From assembly GCF_021869535.1 (NCBI RefSeq), contig NW_026262712.1:112468001-112532000 (forward strand): 64,000 nucleotides of DNA, in the 5' to 3' direction. Shown piece by piece: positions 63,901 to 64,000 of the stretch; position 1 is the first letter of the stretch; each line of letters opens with the position of its first letter. The position numbers were made by a program, and so were the translations under genes. Below the pieces are notes generated by a model. The model made no database searches. It saw only the letters and a list, made by a program, of their open reading frames with translations, and was not told the DNA's origin. The stretch is from Mytilus californianus. Taxonomy: Eukaryota.

Positions 63901-64000
63901 CTGTATGAGATTCATAAGTTGCGATGGTGTAAACAATAGTTTATTATGAATTATACAAGTACATTTTGTTTGTATTTTGAAACAAGCAACAAGTGTTTAT

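Overview
AT-rich eukaryotic (animal) genomic DNA, most likely from a bivalve mollusc of the Mytilus type; this is inferred from the repeat families and TLR architecture, not from a database search. The window is dominated by a tandem cluster of eight minus-strand Toll-like receptor loci (signal peptide, LRR ectodomain, single LRR-CT cysteine cluster, TM, TIR; intronless CDS), labelled A-G plus fragment E2. Only C (23461-25983) and F (49880-52402) are intact, both 840 aa. G has one frameshift. E has three small lesions and is a chimera of two subtypes. D lacks TM and TIR. B and E2 are degraded. A is split cleanly in two by a 3.9-kb insertion with no target-site duplication; the insertion has sub-terminal inverted repeats, long hairpins near both ends and a nested LINE. 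Intergenic DNA holds Penelope-like RT fragments, a minimal hammerhead ribozyme, Helentron-associated (HINE-like) elements, a SINE-like element, minisatellites and a C1qDC-like pseudo-exon.
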